64,000 nt of DNA from Candidatus Kerfeldbacteria bacterium (GCA_903825245.1 CAIJZX010000012.1:76059-140058); one strand, 5' to 3'; counted from the stretch's first letter, positions 1 through 10,605 are shown. Notes: generated by a model from the letters alone, not told the origin. Translations and numbers: made by a program.

Positions 1-402
1 ATTACTAAACGAATCGATGGATAATACTGAGGGCAATCCTTTCAACGAGTTAGATTGAAATGGTGTTAATGTCACATCGCGACGTAAAACCGGTAACGAC
101 GGAATGGTGAAATCACCGGCCGTATAGATGAAGGTAATTGTTGACGGCGACGTACTCACCGCGCCTGAACCGGCCGACGTGGTGGCTAAATCTTTCGTCG
201 CTAACATTGGTACGGCCGCCTGATTCGCCGACCGAGGAGTGAGCGATGATGCAGATAATTCACCAAAAGCATTTGGCACTGACGACGTGAGAAACTGTTT
301 TGTAGATACTCCTTTGGGATGATCCGGCTTCGTTATCACAACCATAAATGTTATCGCCCCGATTGACAGGATACAAGCAACGGACAGGAGTATTTGTTTC
401 AT
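1..402 (-). CDS. hypothetical secreted/anchored protein (3' end beyond the window)
   Basis: Minus-strand ORF with a start codon at 400-402 (translating MKQILLSVACILSIGAITFMVV..., N-terminal hydrophobic segment) that runs off the window edge. It is absent from the ORF track because it is incomplete. Confidence 0.35.
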   Translation of the reverse strand, partial: MKQILLSVACILSIGAITFMVVITKPDHPKGVSTKQFLTSSVPNAFGELSASSLTPRSANQAAVPMLATKDLATTSAGSGAVSTSPSTITFIYTAGDFTIPSLPVLRRDVTLTPFQSNSLKGLPSVLSIDSFSN

Positions 403-440
403 AGGTCAGAAGTATACCATACTACTCACGACCAAAATAT

Positions 441-950
441 CTACTTATTTTTCGAGACGCGATATTGAATTATCGTTTTTGCCTTCAGTCCAGGTCGAGA
501 AAGATAGACTTCTTCGTGCGCACCGATTAATTTCAATTTCTGCGTTTTGACAAACTCATGGAGCTTCATGATATTCGATCCTTCCGTAGCGTACGTCCCA
601 ACATGAAGAATCTGTGCATATGTTCCGGCCGGTAATGTCACGAGCTTGACTGGCAATTTCGGATTCTTTTGAATAAGATCTTTCGCTTTCACAAATGAAG
701 GTATTTCGAGGTTCCACACACCGATCCATTTCGACTTTGGTTTCAAATGCGCATCCGGCCAAAAAGCGGAACATTTGCCAATATCCATCTTCTTGCCTTT
801 CGGCTTAAAGACCTTGAACTTCGTGCCATAAGCGGTGCCATACAGCGATGGCATTATTGCAGCAGTTACTTTATTTGGATCACCAACCGTAGTAATTGTT
901 AGCACTGTACGCTTAGGGAGCTTGGTTAGCTCGGGCGTGGAGGATTTCAT
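441..950 (-). CDS. GyrI-like / AraC-effector-binding-domain small-molecule-binding protein (tentative)
   Basis: The 169 aa ORF has a C-terminal region (TYAQILHVGTYATEG...EEVYLSRPG) that resembles the GyrI-like fold. The call rests on motif-level resemblance only. Confidence 0.4.
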   Translation of the reverse strand: MKSSTPELTKLPKRTVLTITTVGDPNKVTAAIMPSLYGTAYGTKFKVFKPKGKKMDIGKCSAFWPDAHLKPKSKWIGVWNLEIPSFVKAKDLIQKNPKLPVKLVTLPAGTYAQILHVGTYATEGSNIMKLHEFVKTQKLKLIGAHEEVYLSRPGLKAKTIIQYRVSKNK

Positions 951-968
951 ATGCGTAAAGAAGTATTT

Positions 969-1292
969 TTATTTCCACTCACGTTTCTTATTCATCTCTT
1001 CCTTGTCACGAAATGCCTGTTCAAGATCAATGCCGAGGTGGTTACAAATATCAAGCAAATAAATAAACACGTCAGCCGCTTCATGTTGGGCGTCGCTGAG
1101 CTCCTTGCCTTCGTGCGATTTCATTGCAGTTGATGTACGTGCTGAACGCGCTAATTCCCCACTCTCCTCGAGAAAGAGCATAAATAGCTCTGGCAGTGTT
1201 TCGTCGCTAAAACCTCGTTCTTCAACTAACGCTCGCACATACTTCTGAAAATCGCTTACCGTGGGTTTGGTTGGTAATTCGAGTGTACTCAT
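969..1292 (-). CDS. MazG-like nucleotide pyrophosphohydrolase
   Basis: The EESGELA...EAADVFIYLLD pattern is typical of the MazG family. The likely start is the internal Met (MSTLEL) at 1292 rather than the ORF-track start at 1343. Confidence 0.6.
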   Translation of the reverse strand: MSTLELPTKPTVSDFQKYVRALVEERGFSDETLPELFMLFLEESGELARSARTSTAMKSHEGKELSDAQHEAADVFIYLLDICNHLGIDLEQAFRDKEEMNKKREWK

Positions 1293-1511
1293 ATTATTTA
1301 AGTCCTTATGTTGATGGCGTGATTGCACAAGGCAAGTATACACCTGAAGCAGGGGTATACAAAAAAACCGAGATTATGCCAACAATTACCGTTTTTTATT
1401 TCCCTATCTGAATCACCTGGTCAGCATCACCAGAAACAACTTTCCCGCTTGCAAGATCAACAATACCAAAAGCCCACTCCGCTCATAACGGAATGGGTTG
1501 GTGCAATCTGC

Positions 1512-1967
1512 TTACAACTTCATGTGGCCGTGGCCTGGTCCGACGAATCCAAGGTTTATCAATGGCGATGTGGCGGCATTATTAATCCATTGCTGGAGGA
1601 AAGTATTGGCCTCCGTTTGCGTCAGGTAGCCGACTTTGACCATGTCATTGAGTTTCGCCTGGTACGTGGCCTGCGCGCTGGCTTTCAACTTGTCATACGT
1701 TACCCCATGTTCGGCGGCAATTTGGTAGAATTGTTTGCCGGCGTTGAGCTCCGATTGGAGTTGCGAGGTAGTTATGCCAAGAAGTTTCGCCTCTTCGGTC
1801 AAGTTTTGACCACGGCTCGGAGGCGAACTATCATTCGTCGTTGGAGTTGTGGTCGATGTCGTTGACGTGGTTGAGGTGGCCGCGCGAACTGCGGTGGTAG
1901 CAACTGCGCCGACGCTAGCGATGCCAAGACCTGCGGAGAGGAGTGCTAATTTGGTAGAACGTTTCAT
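1512..1967 (-). CDS. secreted hypothetical protein
   Basis: The internal Met MKRSTKLALLSAGLGIASVGAVA gives a signal peptide. It is followed by a Thr/Ser-rich linker and then a small domain. Confidence 0.45.
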   Translation of the reverse strand: MKRSTKLALLSAGLGIASVGAVATTAVRAATSTTSTTSTTTPTTNDSSPPSRGQNLTEEAKLLGITTSQLQSELNAGKQFYQIAAEHGVTYDKLKASAQATYQAKLNDMVKVGYLTQTEANTFLQQWINNAATSPLINLGFVGPGHGHMKL

Positions 1968-2116
1968 AGGTGTATGGGTGTTAGTTAGTTGAGCTAATCT
2001 GTTATGAACACAGCGTAACATCACGTTCTGAATTATCGCTTAACCGACCTCATGAAATTCCTTCAGCAACATAAAAACCATCACCTAGCTGTGACGCTAG
2101 CGTTTGTCCTTGTTGT

Positions 2117-3373
2117 TTACTTCAGGCTTCGAAGAATTTCCGTCGCATCCCCTGCCGAAACCTTCCCGCTTGCCCGATCGACAATTTCGAATGCTTTGGC
2201 TGCCACTGTTTTACTGCTCACCACCACGCGCATTGGAATACCAATCAAGTCGCTGTCAGCGAATTTTTGACCAGCTGTCGCATCGATACGATCATCATGA
2301 AGTACTTCGATACCTTCTTGTTCTAAGGATACAATCAGATCTCTTACCCCGCTCGAGATGACAGAATCTTGTTTTGGATTTAGTTCAACCACGTGCACAT
2401 CAAATGGTGCAATTGCTTTCGGCCATACGAGACCTTTTTCGTCACCTAATACCTCAACTACGGTCGCCAATAAACGTCCCAGTCCAATTCCATAGCAACC
2501 CATCACTACCGGATGATGCTTTCCCGTTTCATCGGCAAATGTTAATCCCAGTGGTTCAGAATATTGTGTACCCAGCTTGAAAATATTACCGACTTCGATT
2601 GCTTTGACTTCATCGAAATCCTTGGTCGTTTTCTTGTACATCGTTAAGGCCTCGTCATTGTATACTTCCTTATTGATGGCGACTGATTTATCCTTCGCTA
2701 GATAAATCGTATCCTCGCCGGCGTCGGTCAACGTTTGGAATTCATGTGAGTATTTTGTAAACACCCCGCCGCTGGCAAATGTTTTATAAGTAACATGGCC
2801 GATGCCAACAGCATTGTATATTTTTTTGTACGCTTCTGCCGCGCGTTCGTAGAATATATCAAGGTCAGCTGTATCCTTCGTAAACGAGTATAAGTCTTTC
2901 ATTAAGAATTCTCGACCGCGCAAGAGGCCGGACTTTGCCCGTAATTCATTCCGGAATTTCGTTTGGAACTGATAGACAAATTTTGGCAAGTCACGATATG
3001 AGCCGATAAACTGCTTCATGATGCGTGTCAGCGGCTCTTCGTGTGAAAATGATAAACCAAGCTCGGTATCGTTCTTGAGTTTGGTTTTGAACCAATTATC
3101 GACGACCTTGTCGTCCCATCGACCGCTGGTTTTCCAAAGTTCCGGATCCTGCAAAGCCGTCATTGATACTTCCTGGCCATCAATCGCGTTCATTTCTCGG
3201 CGAATAATACTGACTATTTTATTTTGCACACGAAGGCCAAGCGGCAACATTGAATACACACCGGCTTGTTCTTTAAACACAAATCCGGCGCGAATCAGGA
3301 GTTTGGCGCTTTTTGCGGTCTCGTCCGACGGCGCTTCTTTGCGGGTTTTGGTAAAGAGTTGGGACTGGCGCAT
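2117..3373 (-). CDS. proS: prolyl-tRNA synthetase, short form lacking the INS editing insertion
   Basis: The N-terminus (MRQSQLF.TRKE.PSDE..KSAKLLIRAGF) and class II motifs (FRNELRAKSGLLRGREFLMKD) match ProRS. At 418 aa it lacks the roughly 180 aa insertion domain found in E. coli-type ProRS. Confidence 0.8.
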   Translation of the reverse strand: MRQSQLFTKTRKEAPSDETAKSAKLLIRAGFVFKEQAGVYSMLPLGLRVQNKIVSIIRREMNAIDGQEVSMTALQDPELWKTSGRWDDKVVDNWFKTKLKNDTELGLSFSHEEPLTRIMKQFIGSYRDLPKFVYQFQTKFRNELRAKSGLLRGREFLMKDLYSFTKDTADLDIFYERAAEAYKKIYNAVGIGHVTYKTFASGGVFTKYSHEFQTLTDAGEDTIYLAKDKSVAINKEVYNDEALTMYKKTTKDFDEVKAIEVGNIFKLGTQYSEPLGLTFADETGKHHPVVMGCYGIGLGRLLATVVEVLGDEKGLVWPKAIAPFDVHVVELNPKQDSVISSGVRDLIVSLEQEGIEVLHDDRIDATAGQKFADSDLIGIPMRVVVSSKTVAAKAFEIVDRASGKVSAGDATEILRSLK

Positions 3374-3383
3374 AGTGAAAAAG

Positions 3384-3947
3384 TTATTTGAAGTACACTG
3401 AATGATACCGATAACTAGCCATCGTTCGCGTTGATAAACGGATGAGCATAAAAACCACCAAAATAGTGATCGGCGAAATACGGCTAATCAAACTGATGCC
3501 GGAAAAGAACAGGGCCGCGCAAAACTCAATGAATTCGAATCGCTGCCAATTGACGAGAAACGGCCGATCGTGTAGATCGAGTTTGTATGATTTCTGCAAT
3601 CGCCACATCCAAACCAAATCAGCAAGTCGGTAAATGGCGAAAGCAAATAGTAATACAGCCAGCGATCGCTGAGTTGCAAAGACCAAATAAAACATCATAA
3701 AAATAATGACGAAGTGCAGCACCACGTCAATCTCCCGTTTGAACGGATAACGCTTCAAGACCGGCGAATAGTCGATCCAGTAATCAATCAGATTTAAATA
3801 AATGAAAATAAAAGCAATGTACTGCCATGGCTGATGGAGATTTGGCCACCACTGAAAACCTAAACCCAATACAATGCCGATCATGATATCGGCAAATTTC
3901 AAACTGAAATCGCGTAATTGTTTTTGTTCAGAAGCGTTAGCGGGCAT
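3384..3947 (-). CDS. polytopic membrane protein, unknown function
   Basis: Several hydrophobic helices are present. The likely start is the internal Met (MPANASEQKQ) at 3947. Confidence 0.4.
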   Translation of the reverse strand: MPANASEQKQLRDFSLKFADIMIGIVLGLGFQWWPNLHQPWQYIAFIFIYLNLIDYWIDYSPVLKRYPFKREIDVVLHFVIIFMMFYLVFATQRSLAVLLFAFAIYRLADLVWMWRLQKSYKLDLHDRPFLVNWQRFEFIEFCAALFFSGISLISRISPITILVVFMLIRLSTRTMASYRYHSVYFK

Positions 3948-4147
3948 GTCTCTAGTTTGGCGAATTGGAGATTTTCCACTTAAGAAATATGTAAGTAGTA
4001 TGCCAGAAAGAAGCTTATCAGTCAAAGAAAAGCCTACCATGACACTACAATGGATCACGTCGTACCAGCTGTACAAAGAATACAACACCGCCGCTCAACG
4101 GCGGTATAATCCTAAGTCAACTATACGACTTTTTCAAACAACCAAAT

Positions 4148-4603
4148 TTACTGGCCGCGAATCTTGCTGGCTAATGACGCCAATGTCGCGTCATCCGCGC
4201 GTTGGAAATCGTGAGAAGAAATATATCCTTCGTAGTCATCAAAATATTTCTCAACATTAGACTTCAGCGGTTTCCAATCTTTCATCTTCGTACCATGCAT
4301 CGGGAAAAGTTTGGCATGCAGATGGTCGACGCCAAAACCTTCAAACATCACACCCGTACGTCCGACATCCTCGAGTTTTTCATCGAGCAGTTTAGCCACT
4401 GTTCGAACCGCGTGCATCAGCCCATCAAGTACGTCTATTGGAACATCAGCAAAATAACTCGGCTGGTGCGCCTTAGGAATAACGACAGTAAACCCTTTCG
4501 TATTCGGAAAGATCGACAGAAAGGCCATATACTTTTCATCCTGCCAAATCATGTGGGCTAGCGATGCTCCCTGGGCGATAGCGCAAAAAATACAGTCGTT
4601 CAT
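4148..4603 (-). CDS. HIT-family (histidine triad) hydrolase
   Basis: CIFCAI near the N-terminus and the HLHAKLFPMHG histidine-triad motif are present. Confidence 0.7.
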   Translation of the reverse strand: MNDCIFCAIAQGASLAHMIWQDEKYMAFLSIFPNTKGFTVVIPKAHQPSYFADVPIDVLDGLMHAVRTVAKLLDEKLEDVGRTGVMFEGFGVDHLHAKLFPMHGTKMKDWKPLKSNVEKYFDDYEGYISSHDFQRADDATLASLASKIRGQ

Positions 4604-5184
4604 GATGATTGCCGCTGTTGACGTTTATGAAAAAGATACATTAATCCAAGTACCAATAATCCACCAATCATATTCTGAAACAAATCGTGTGGGGTATCAT
4701 ATGGACCGCGGACGCGCGAGGTGTGGAACCAGAAATCACCAAGCCACTCACTCATTTCGTAGATTGCCCCAAGCATTTGCCCAATGAGAAAACCCATCCA
4801 AGCGGCAAATGGCCAATCAGCATTTAATTTTCCCGATTTTCGAAGTGCCAAAAAAATATCGATGAACAACGCGCTCAGTGCCATTCCGCCCATGGTATGC
4901 GTTATGCGATCCCACCACCAGTACCCGCCGTACAAATGCTGAAAATTCCCTAAGGCATCAAGCCATACCGATCCGGCCACGAAAAGAAAAGTAATAATCG
5001 AAAGTTTGCTCCCCTTGCGGAGCAGCCAACGGTCAAACCATAGCACACCAATCATTGTCGCTACATCGGTAATAGCTAAGGCTATTTGCCGTTGTGTTGT
5101 ATCATAGTGTGTGAACAGTTCAATACCAAGCAATACCAGTTGCACAAAGATAAACGACCAAACGATTATTTTTCTGTTATTCAT
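4600..5184 (-). CDS. membrane protein, unknown function
   Basis: The protein is hydrophobic and Trp-rich. Its likely start (MNNRKII) at 5184 overlaps the mntH stop by 4 nt. Confidence 0.4.
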   Translation of the reverse strand: MNNRKIIVWSFIFVQLVLLGIELFTHYDTTQRQIALAITDVATMIGVLWFDRWLLRKGSKLSIITFLFVAGSVWLDALGNFQHLYGGYWWWDRITHTMGGMALSALFIDIFLALRKSGKLNADWPFAAWMGFLIGQMLGAIYEMSEWLGDFWFHTSRVRGPYDTPHDLFQNMIGGLLVLGLMYLFHKRQQRQSS

Positions 5185-6428
5185 CGGAAGAATTGAATGA
5201 TAGTAAGAATACCCGAAGCAACCATGAGTGCAAATGTTGCCCAACCGATCGTGGCGAACGACCGTGGACTCGTGTTACCACCCATCACGTTCTTGTCCGA
5301 CGCGAGGCGAACAATGAACCACAGAATAACCGGCGCTAACAAACCATTCAGCACCGCCGCCAGGATAAGGAATGTAATCGGATTCGTGCCAACCATCGTA
5401 GCAATCGCGCCGCCAATAATGGCGACCGCGATCATGACGTAAAATGCCTTGGCGTCGCGGAACTTTTTCCCTAAACCTTCTTTCCACTGAAACACTTCCG
5501 ACATCGCATACGCCGCTGATCCAGCTAACACGGGAATTGCCAACAAGCCGGTACCGAGAATGCCGATGGCGAACAAGGTAAATGCGAATGATCCGGCGAT
5601 CGGCTTCAGAGCACTCGCGGCTTGATCTGCCGACGTGATGTTCATGATGCCAGCCTGATGCAGCGTACCAGCTGTGGCCACAATAATGAAGAACATGATG
5701 ACGTTCGACAGAATCATGCCGACCATGGTGTCGTGACGCATTTTCCGTATTTTTGTTTTCATTTCGATGCGTCCCTTCATTTTATCGAGCAACGACTCTT
5801 CCTCAACTTCCTCCGACGCTTGCCAGTAGAATAAGTACGGTGAAATCGTCGTCCCGAGAATGGCCGTGATCAAATACCACGACTCTTTCCCGCCGGTCAG
5901 CGTCGGCACAATTGTATGGAATGCAATCGCGCTCCAATCCTGCTTCGTCACCAACACCACGAGCACATAACTGAACAACGTAATCGTTAGCCACTTCAAC
6001 ACATTCGCGTACTTCGAGTAACTGACTGTTACTTCCAAAATGAGGATCAATACAGCAAAGCCGAATAAAAACGCTACCGCATTTCCCGGCACAATCAATT
6101 TCATCACCGCCGCCATAGCATTCAAATCGGCGCTGATGTTTATCGTATTCACAATTAACAAGCCGACCGCCAAACTCAACGCCACGCGTCGCGAAACATG
6201 ACGACGAATGACATTCCCCAATCCCTGTCGAGTTACCAAGCCGATCCGCGCCGACATTTCCTGAACCGCGATCATTAACGGCGTGGTAAATAGCGCCAAC
6301 CACAGGAAGCGGTAACCGTATTGGGCGCCGGTTTGCGAATACGTCACCACGCCCGACGGATCGTCATCGGAAGCGCCGGTAATCACGCCGGGGCCGATAT
6401 TTTTGAATAGTTTACGTGGGTGGAGCAT
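5181..6428 (-). CDS. mntH: NRAMP-family divalent metal (Mn2+/Fe2+) transporter
   Basis: The N-terminal GPGVITGASDDDPSGVVTYSQTGAQYGY motif is the NRAMP signature. The protein is 415 aa with multiple TM helices. Confidence 0.85.
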   Translation of the reverse strand: MLHPRKLFKNIGPGVITGASDDDPSGVVTYSQTGAQYGYRFLWLALFTTPLMIAVQEMSARIGLVTRQGLGNVIRRHVSRRVALSLAVGLLIVNTINISADLNAMAAVMKLIVPGNAVAFLFGFAVLILILEVTVSYSKYANVLKWLTITLFSYVLVVLVTKQDWSAIAFHTIVPTLTGGKESWYLITAILGTTISPYLFYWQASEEVEEESLLDKMKGRIEMKTKIRKMRHDTMVGMILSNVIMFFIIVATAGTLHQAGIMNITSADQAASALKPIAGSFAFTLFAIGILGTGLLAIPVLAGSAAYAMSEVFQWKEGLGKKFRDAKAFYVMIAVAIIGGAIATMVGTNPITFLILAAVLNGLLAPVILWFIVRLASDKNVMGGNTSPRSFATIGWATFALMVASGILTIIQFFR

Positions 6429-6533
6429 GAAAAGAAGGAGGATGAATAACGCCTATAGTGTACCATAATTCACTAGCAACTGCTGGGCAAAAGAAAAACC
6501 TATCGAACATGTCGATAGGGTGCTAGAGAATAC

Positions 6534-7274
6534 TCACTTTGTGCTTCGCGAGACCTTTGTCCGCCGCGGCTTCTTCATCTGATCTTCGTGTTGATCGACA
6601 AAGGTCTGCATGTCCCGATCAAGCTTGGGCGACCATACCATGCCGAGGCACGGCAGAGCTTCCACCAGGGCTCGCAGTTTCGGGATCTGATTCCCAAGTA
6701 CGTGCATGGCAACTCGCACATTCTTCTTCTGCCGATACTGCTCCCAGGCATACACGAGGTAATCGTATCGCTCGACGAAGTCGAAAAACTGCGCTTCGCG
6801 GCGGCAGGTCATGCTGAGATCCGACATGATAACCTGCGCTTCGCGCGGGAAGCGGGAGTAGTCCTTCAAACAGAACTGCAGAAGATAGGCCTGCTGAAAC
6901 GACAGTGTGCTCCAGCCATGTTCCTTGAACAGCCGGAGGAAGGCCTTGTACTCAGCCACGTCGCTAGCCTGGCTCTTGTTGTTGTACAACACATCGCGAC
7001 GCAGAACGCCTTCAGGAATGTCGTGAACGATACAGGCGCTCAGTAGAAGACCGACATCGAGACTTGACTCCAGGCCGCTTCGGCCAATGACATTCTTCAT
7101 CATCAAGGCCAGACCCAGAGTGTGTTGCGTCGAGGTCTGACGCCGCACGCTTGGCCGGCGCCGCAGGAACACGCTCCACCGCACCACCTGATTCAAATCT
7201 TCTTGAACCGAGATCCAGGGCGCGAGTTCCCGATCGAGTTCATTCAGCGGCAGTGCTTTGCCATTTCGAGACAT
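6534..7274 (-). CDS. HD-domain phosphohydrolase-like protein
   Basis: H..LGLALMM...VHDIPE resembles the H...HD metal-binding pattern. The gene lies in a GC-rich patch. Confidence 0.4.
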   Translation of the reverse strand: MSRNGKALPLNELDRELAPWISVQEDLNQVVRWSVFLRRRPSVRRQTSTQHTLGLALMMKNVIGRSGLESSLDVGLLLSACIVHDIPEGVLRRDVLYNNKSQASDVAEYKAFLRLFKEHGWSTLSFQQAYLLQFCLKDYSRFPREAQVIMSDLSMTCRREAQFFDFVERYDYLVYAWEQYRQKKNVRVAMHVLGNQIPKLRALVEALPCLGMVWSPKLDRDMQTFVDQHEDQMKKPRRTKVSRSTK

Positions 7275-7402
7275 GCCGTCTCCTCGGTTTGGGTAAAAAG
7301 GGCAACGGGAAAAACAATGCCCGCACCTTACATCCGGTAAACTGCCCTGTCAAGATTGTCAACTACTATAGCAGGCGCCCTGTTCGGCGCCCACATGGAC
7401 AG

Positions 7403-7708
7403 TTACGACCGCAGATACTTCTTTCCATACTCCGCCATCGCCCGCTCAATAATCTTCAACCCCTCGCCTTTTCGCGTGGCATGATACACACCGTTGTTCG
7501 ATTTTCGTATCATGCCTTTTGACGACAGCTTCTGTAATTTCAACGTCAGCGTTCGTGAGGAAATATCTTCCAGCCAATCCTCGAGCTCCGAAAAACGCTT
7601 CGGTGATTCGGTCAGCGCCCGCATAATCAACATCGTCCAGGTATCGGACAATACTTCGGCCGTGCCCGTGATTGGGCATGTATGCTTGGTCGATGGCTGT
7701 TTTTCCAT
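7403..7708 (-). CDS. HxlR-family (MarR-like) HTH transcriptional regulator
   Basis: CPI..TAEVLSDTWTMLIMRAL...KRFSELEDWLEDISSRTLTLKLQKL matches the HxlR signature. The likely start (MEKQPS) is at 7708. Confidence 0.7.
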   Translation of the reverse strand: MEKQPSTKHTCPITGTAEVLSDTWTMLIMRALTESPKRFSELEDWLEDISSRTLTLKLQKLSSKGMIRKSNNGVYHATRKGEGLKIIERAMAEYGKKYLRS

Positions 7709-7734
7709 AGGCGGCAGTATAGCACGGGATATCA

Positions 7735-7800
7735 TACTTTACAAAGTAAAGTATTAGGAGTATGCTGTGGATAACTTTACATTGTAAAGTACTTACTCAC
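7735..7800. promoter_or_regulatory. two palindromic operator-like sites in the hxlR / LUD-gene divergent promoter region
   Basis: TACTTTAC-AAA-GTAAAGTA lies at 7735-7753 and ACTTTACA-T-TGTAAAGT at 7784-7800. The two sites share the half-site ACTTTAC. Confidence 0.4.
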
Positions 7801-7822
7801 TACGAGTCACCCCATATAACGT

Positions 7823-8440
7823 ATGTCCTACACCGACCTCGCCACTACTGATCAGTTGAATGCTACCGTTGTCACCCTGACCGCCAATGGTTTTTTACCG
7901 GCTATCATCGCAACAAAAGAAGAAGCTCTGAAAAAAATCAAAACCTTGATACCGCCAAATGCTTCGGTGATGAACGGCGCTTCAAAAACGCTCGAAGAAA
8001 TTGGTTTCATCGATTACTTAAAAGCCGGACAACACGGTTGGAAGAATCTTCATGCCGACATCCTCGCCGAAACCGACAAGGCGAAACAGGGCGATTTACG
8101 AAAACAAGCATTGCTGGCTGATTTCTATCTCGGTAGCGTTCACGCCCTGACCGAAACCGGAGAAATGGTCATTGCATCGAATACCGGCAGTCAACTCCCC
8201 CATCTCGTCTTCACGTCGCCGAATCTCATTCTCGTCGTGGGTGCGCAAAAAATCGTACCAGACATGGGCACGGCATTCGATCGGCTCACCACGCACGTGG
8301 TGCCGTTAGAGAACGCCCGGATGCAAGCTACGCGCGGCGTCAATACGCAGAACTCTAAAACGCTTATCCTGCACAAGGAAAACCCGATGATGGGTCGCAA
8401 GGTGCACGTGCTCATCGTCAAAGAATCGCTCGGGTTTTAG
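7823..8440 (+). CDS. LUD-domain protein (LutC/YkgG-like)
   Basis: The 205 aa protein has a LutC-like overall pattern and is divergently transcribed from the HxlR regulator. Confidence 0.55.
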   Translation: MSYTDLATTDQLNATVVTLTANGFLPAIIATKEEALKKIKTLIPPNASVMNGASKTLEEIGFIDYLKAGQHGWKNLHADILAETDKAKQGDLRKQALLADFYLGSVHALTETGEMVIASNTGSQLPHLVFTSPNLILVVGAQKIVPDMGTAFDRLTTHVVPLENARMQATRGVNTQNSKTLILHKENPMMGRKVHVLIVKESLGF

Positions 8441-8886
8441 AGGCCTCGGTACGCAAATACCAATCACTCATAAACGCATCGAGGGTGGTTTTGGTATTTG
8501 ACAGCAATTTCCTAAAGGAGTAGTACAAAGATAACCATTCAGATTGGTAGCTCCTGTCACTCATACCATCGAGTGGCATATTCATACGCCCCTTCCACCA
8601 AGAGTCGTTCACCATTAAAGCATCGGAGCTTATCGTGGACACCGATGTCAGTAAAGTACAGGGGTTCTGTAGCGTTTGTGAGCAGTACCATGGGGTCACC
8701 ATTCGGGCTGCATACGAAGCTCTCCCCGAGGGACACGAGGAACGGTACCTGACGGTTCAGCACAACCATCAGGGTAGCGAGTGCCTCGGATCTCAGCGCA
8801 TGCCGGAATTCGTGGTCAAGTCCTGAATTCCAGCACGTCACCCGCGGAAGCATTTCCGTGGGATTTTTCTTTTATAAATCCACAGT

Positions 8887-10605
8887 ATGCGGGCAATAAA
8901 TATTCAGAAGTGCTACACTTGTGACATGGGAATATCGCGACTACAAACAAAACAGGCAGCACAAAAACACCTTCCTATACTTCCTGTTTTCAGTCGAGTA
9001 GTGTTGCTCGGCGTCGTTGGTATGAGCTTACTGTTCTTTGGACGTTCATCACCGACACCAGCTAAAGCCGCAACGTTAGCCAACCCACCTAGTACTGATG
9101 TTTATCAGGTAAACTCCCCGCACTGGTCACATATCAATGTCATGGACTACGGTTCCGATCTTCGGCTCCTTCCAGCTGGAACGGTGCAACAAAGCGGCTA
9201 CGAATGGTACGCCCGCCACGTCGATTTTATGAGTGTCGCTATGGCCACCGACTCCTTCGTTGAGAGCCACTCCACACTTTCGGCTCAGCTTAAAACCATG
9301 AACCCAAGTATTAAAACATTCGGATCGACACTCGATCTGACCATTTGCCAACATCGGCCGTGTGCAATGGACCAGCCAGTCAACGATCTTCAAAACGCCT
9401 ATCCTGAAGATCAGTACCTCCATTTTTCCGAAGACACAACGATGACGTTTATCGATTTGGACCAGACGGTAATAAAAACTATCACTATCCCCGGCTGCCC
9501 TGAACCGCAACCGATTACTGCGGCTTGCCGCGCCCAAACATTTATTTGGCATGAGGCACGATGGTTTCCGAATTTGAATAATACAGCGTGGCGACAGATG
9601 ATGTCCGCTCAACTGATCGAAAGGTTAATTCACAACACCGATAACACTCCAGATCCAATTGACGACTTGTATCTCGATGAGCACGGATTTGATACAACCT
9701 TCGGTTACCAAGCCACCGTCACCAGCGGCGGTGCGATTCGCGAATATAATGGACTTGCGCCATGGAATAACGCCACCCCGTCAGTACGAAATGCCTTTGA
9801 CGCCGCCTACAACGCTGACGTGGTCAGCTGGCTGACCTACCTACGTGCACAAGTAACAGCCGCCGGAAAGACCATGCACATCAACACTGGTGAATATTTT
9901 ATGAATGCCCTGGAATTCCAGCAGGCATTAGCCGCCAAGGGCGTGATGACCGAATGGCTCAATGCACCGGATCACTTTCGTTTTGGGGCGCCGATGTACT
10001 CACAATTTATCGACCAGGTGCACCAGATGACTTCATCCGGCGGTATGGTGGATTTAGCATACTCGTGGTGTACCGAAATGCCTGCTGGTTATAATGCTGG
10101 AAATTATCCGACGAGCACCGATCGATATTCGATGTGGAATCTCGCTAGTTACTACATGTCGAAGGAATTCCCTAGCGAATCCGGCCGTGTCTACTTTAAT
10201 CCTAATTTATGTATCCATCCTAACGCCCCGGATCCGCTCGACTTTGAACAGCAGTGGCTGAAGGCTTACGAAAAAGATGTCGGACAACCAGTGGACACCG
10301 CCACTATTATTCAACATGGCGCCGTCAGTTGCTCTACCAATAACAAAGAATACGGTATCTTCGCCCGTCACTACACGAACGCGTATGTTCTGTTACGAAC
10401 GCGTGATGATTACAACTGTTTGGATTATGGCGACACCACTGCTGTCACTGTCCCTCTCGCCTCATCTATGGTTCTTCTTGAACCCGACGGCACGTTCTCT
10501 GCGCCGATGAATTCCGTTTCAATTCGCAACGGTGAAGCAGTCATTCTCTTTCCTGCACCGGATACAATCGCGCCGGCCAAGGTCACTGACCTGCACACAA
10601 AATAA
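8887..10605 (+). CDS. secreted protein of unknown function, tandem paralog A
   Basis: It has an N-terminal hydrophobic segment; its start codon is uncertain. The NSPHWSHIN...GYEWYA.HVD block and the C-terminal VPL.SSMV.LE.DGT.SAPM.SV.IRNGEAVI..PAPDT block are shared with the downstream paralog. Confidence 0.5.
   Translation: MRAINIQKCYTCDMGISRLQTKQAAQKHLPILPVFSRVVLLGVVGMSLLFFGRSSPTPAKAATLANPPSTDVYQVNSPHWSHINVMDYGSDLRLLPAGTVQQSGYEWYARHVDFMSVAMATDSFVESHSTLSAQLKTMNPSIKTFGSTLDLTICQHRPCAMDQPVNDLQNAYPEDQYLHFSEDTTMTFIDLDQTVIKTITIPGCPEPQPITAACRAQTFIWHEARWFPNLNNTAWRQMMSAQLIERLIHNTDNTPDPIDDLYLDEHGFDTTFGYQATVTSGGAIREYNGLAPWNNATPSVRNAFDAAYNADVVSWLTYLRAQVTAAGKTMHINTGEYFMNALEFQQALAAKGVMTEWLNAPDHFRFGAPMYSQFIDQVHQMTSSGGMVDLAYSWCTEMPAGYNAGNYPTSTDRYSMWNLASYYMSKEFPSESGRVYFNPNLCIHPNAPDPLDFEQQWLKAYEKDVGQPVDTATIIQHGAVSCSTNNKEYGIFARHYTNAYVLLRTRDDYNCLDYGDTTAVTVPLASSMVLLEPDGTFSAPMNSVSIRNGEAVILFPAPDTIAPAKVTDLHTK

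Noticed and set aside
5803-6303. 166-aa minus-strand ORF in another frame within mntH, plus similar embedded ORFs (12564-12872, 12785-13411, 13415-13723, 13516-13785) in the GC-rich T9SS gene
   Set aside because: Stop-poor alternative frames are expected in GC-rich or strongly biased coding sequence. They lie within well-supported genes.
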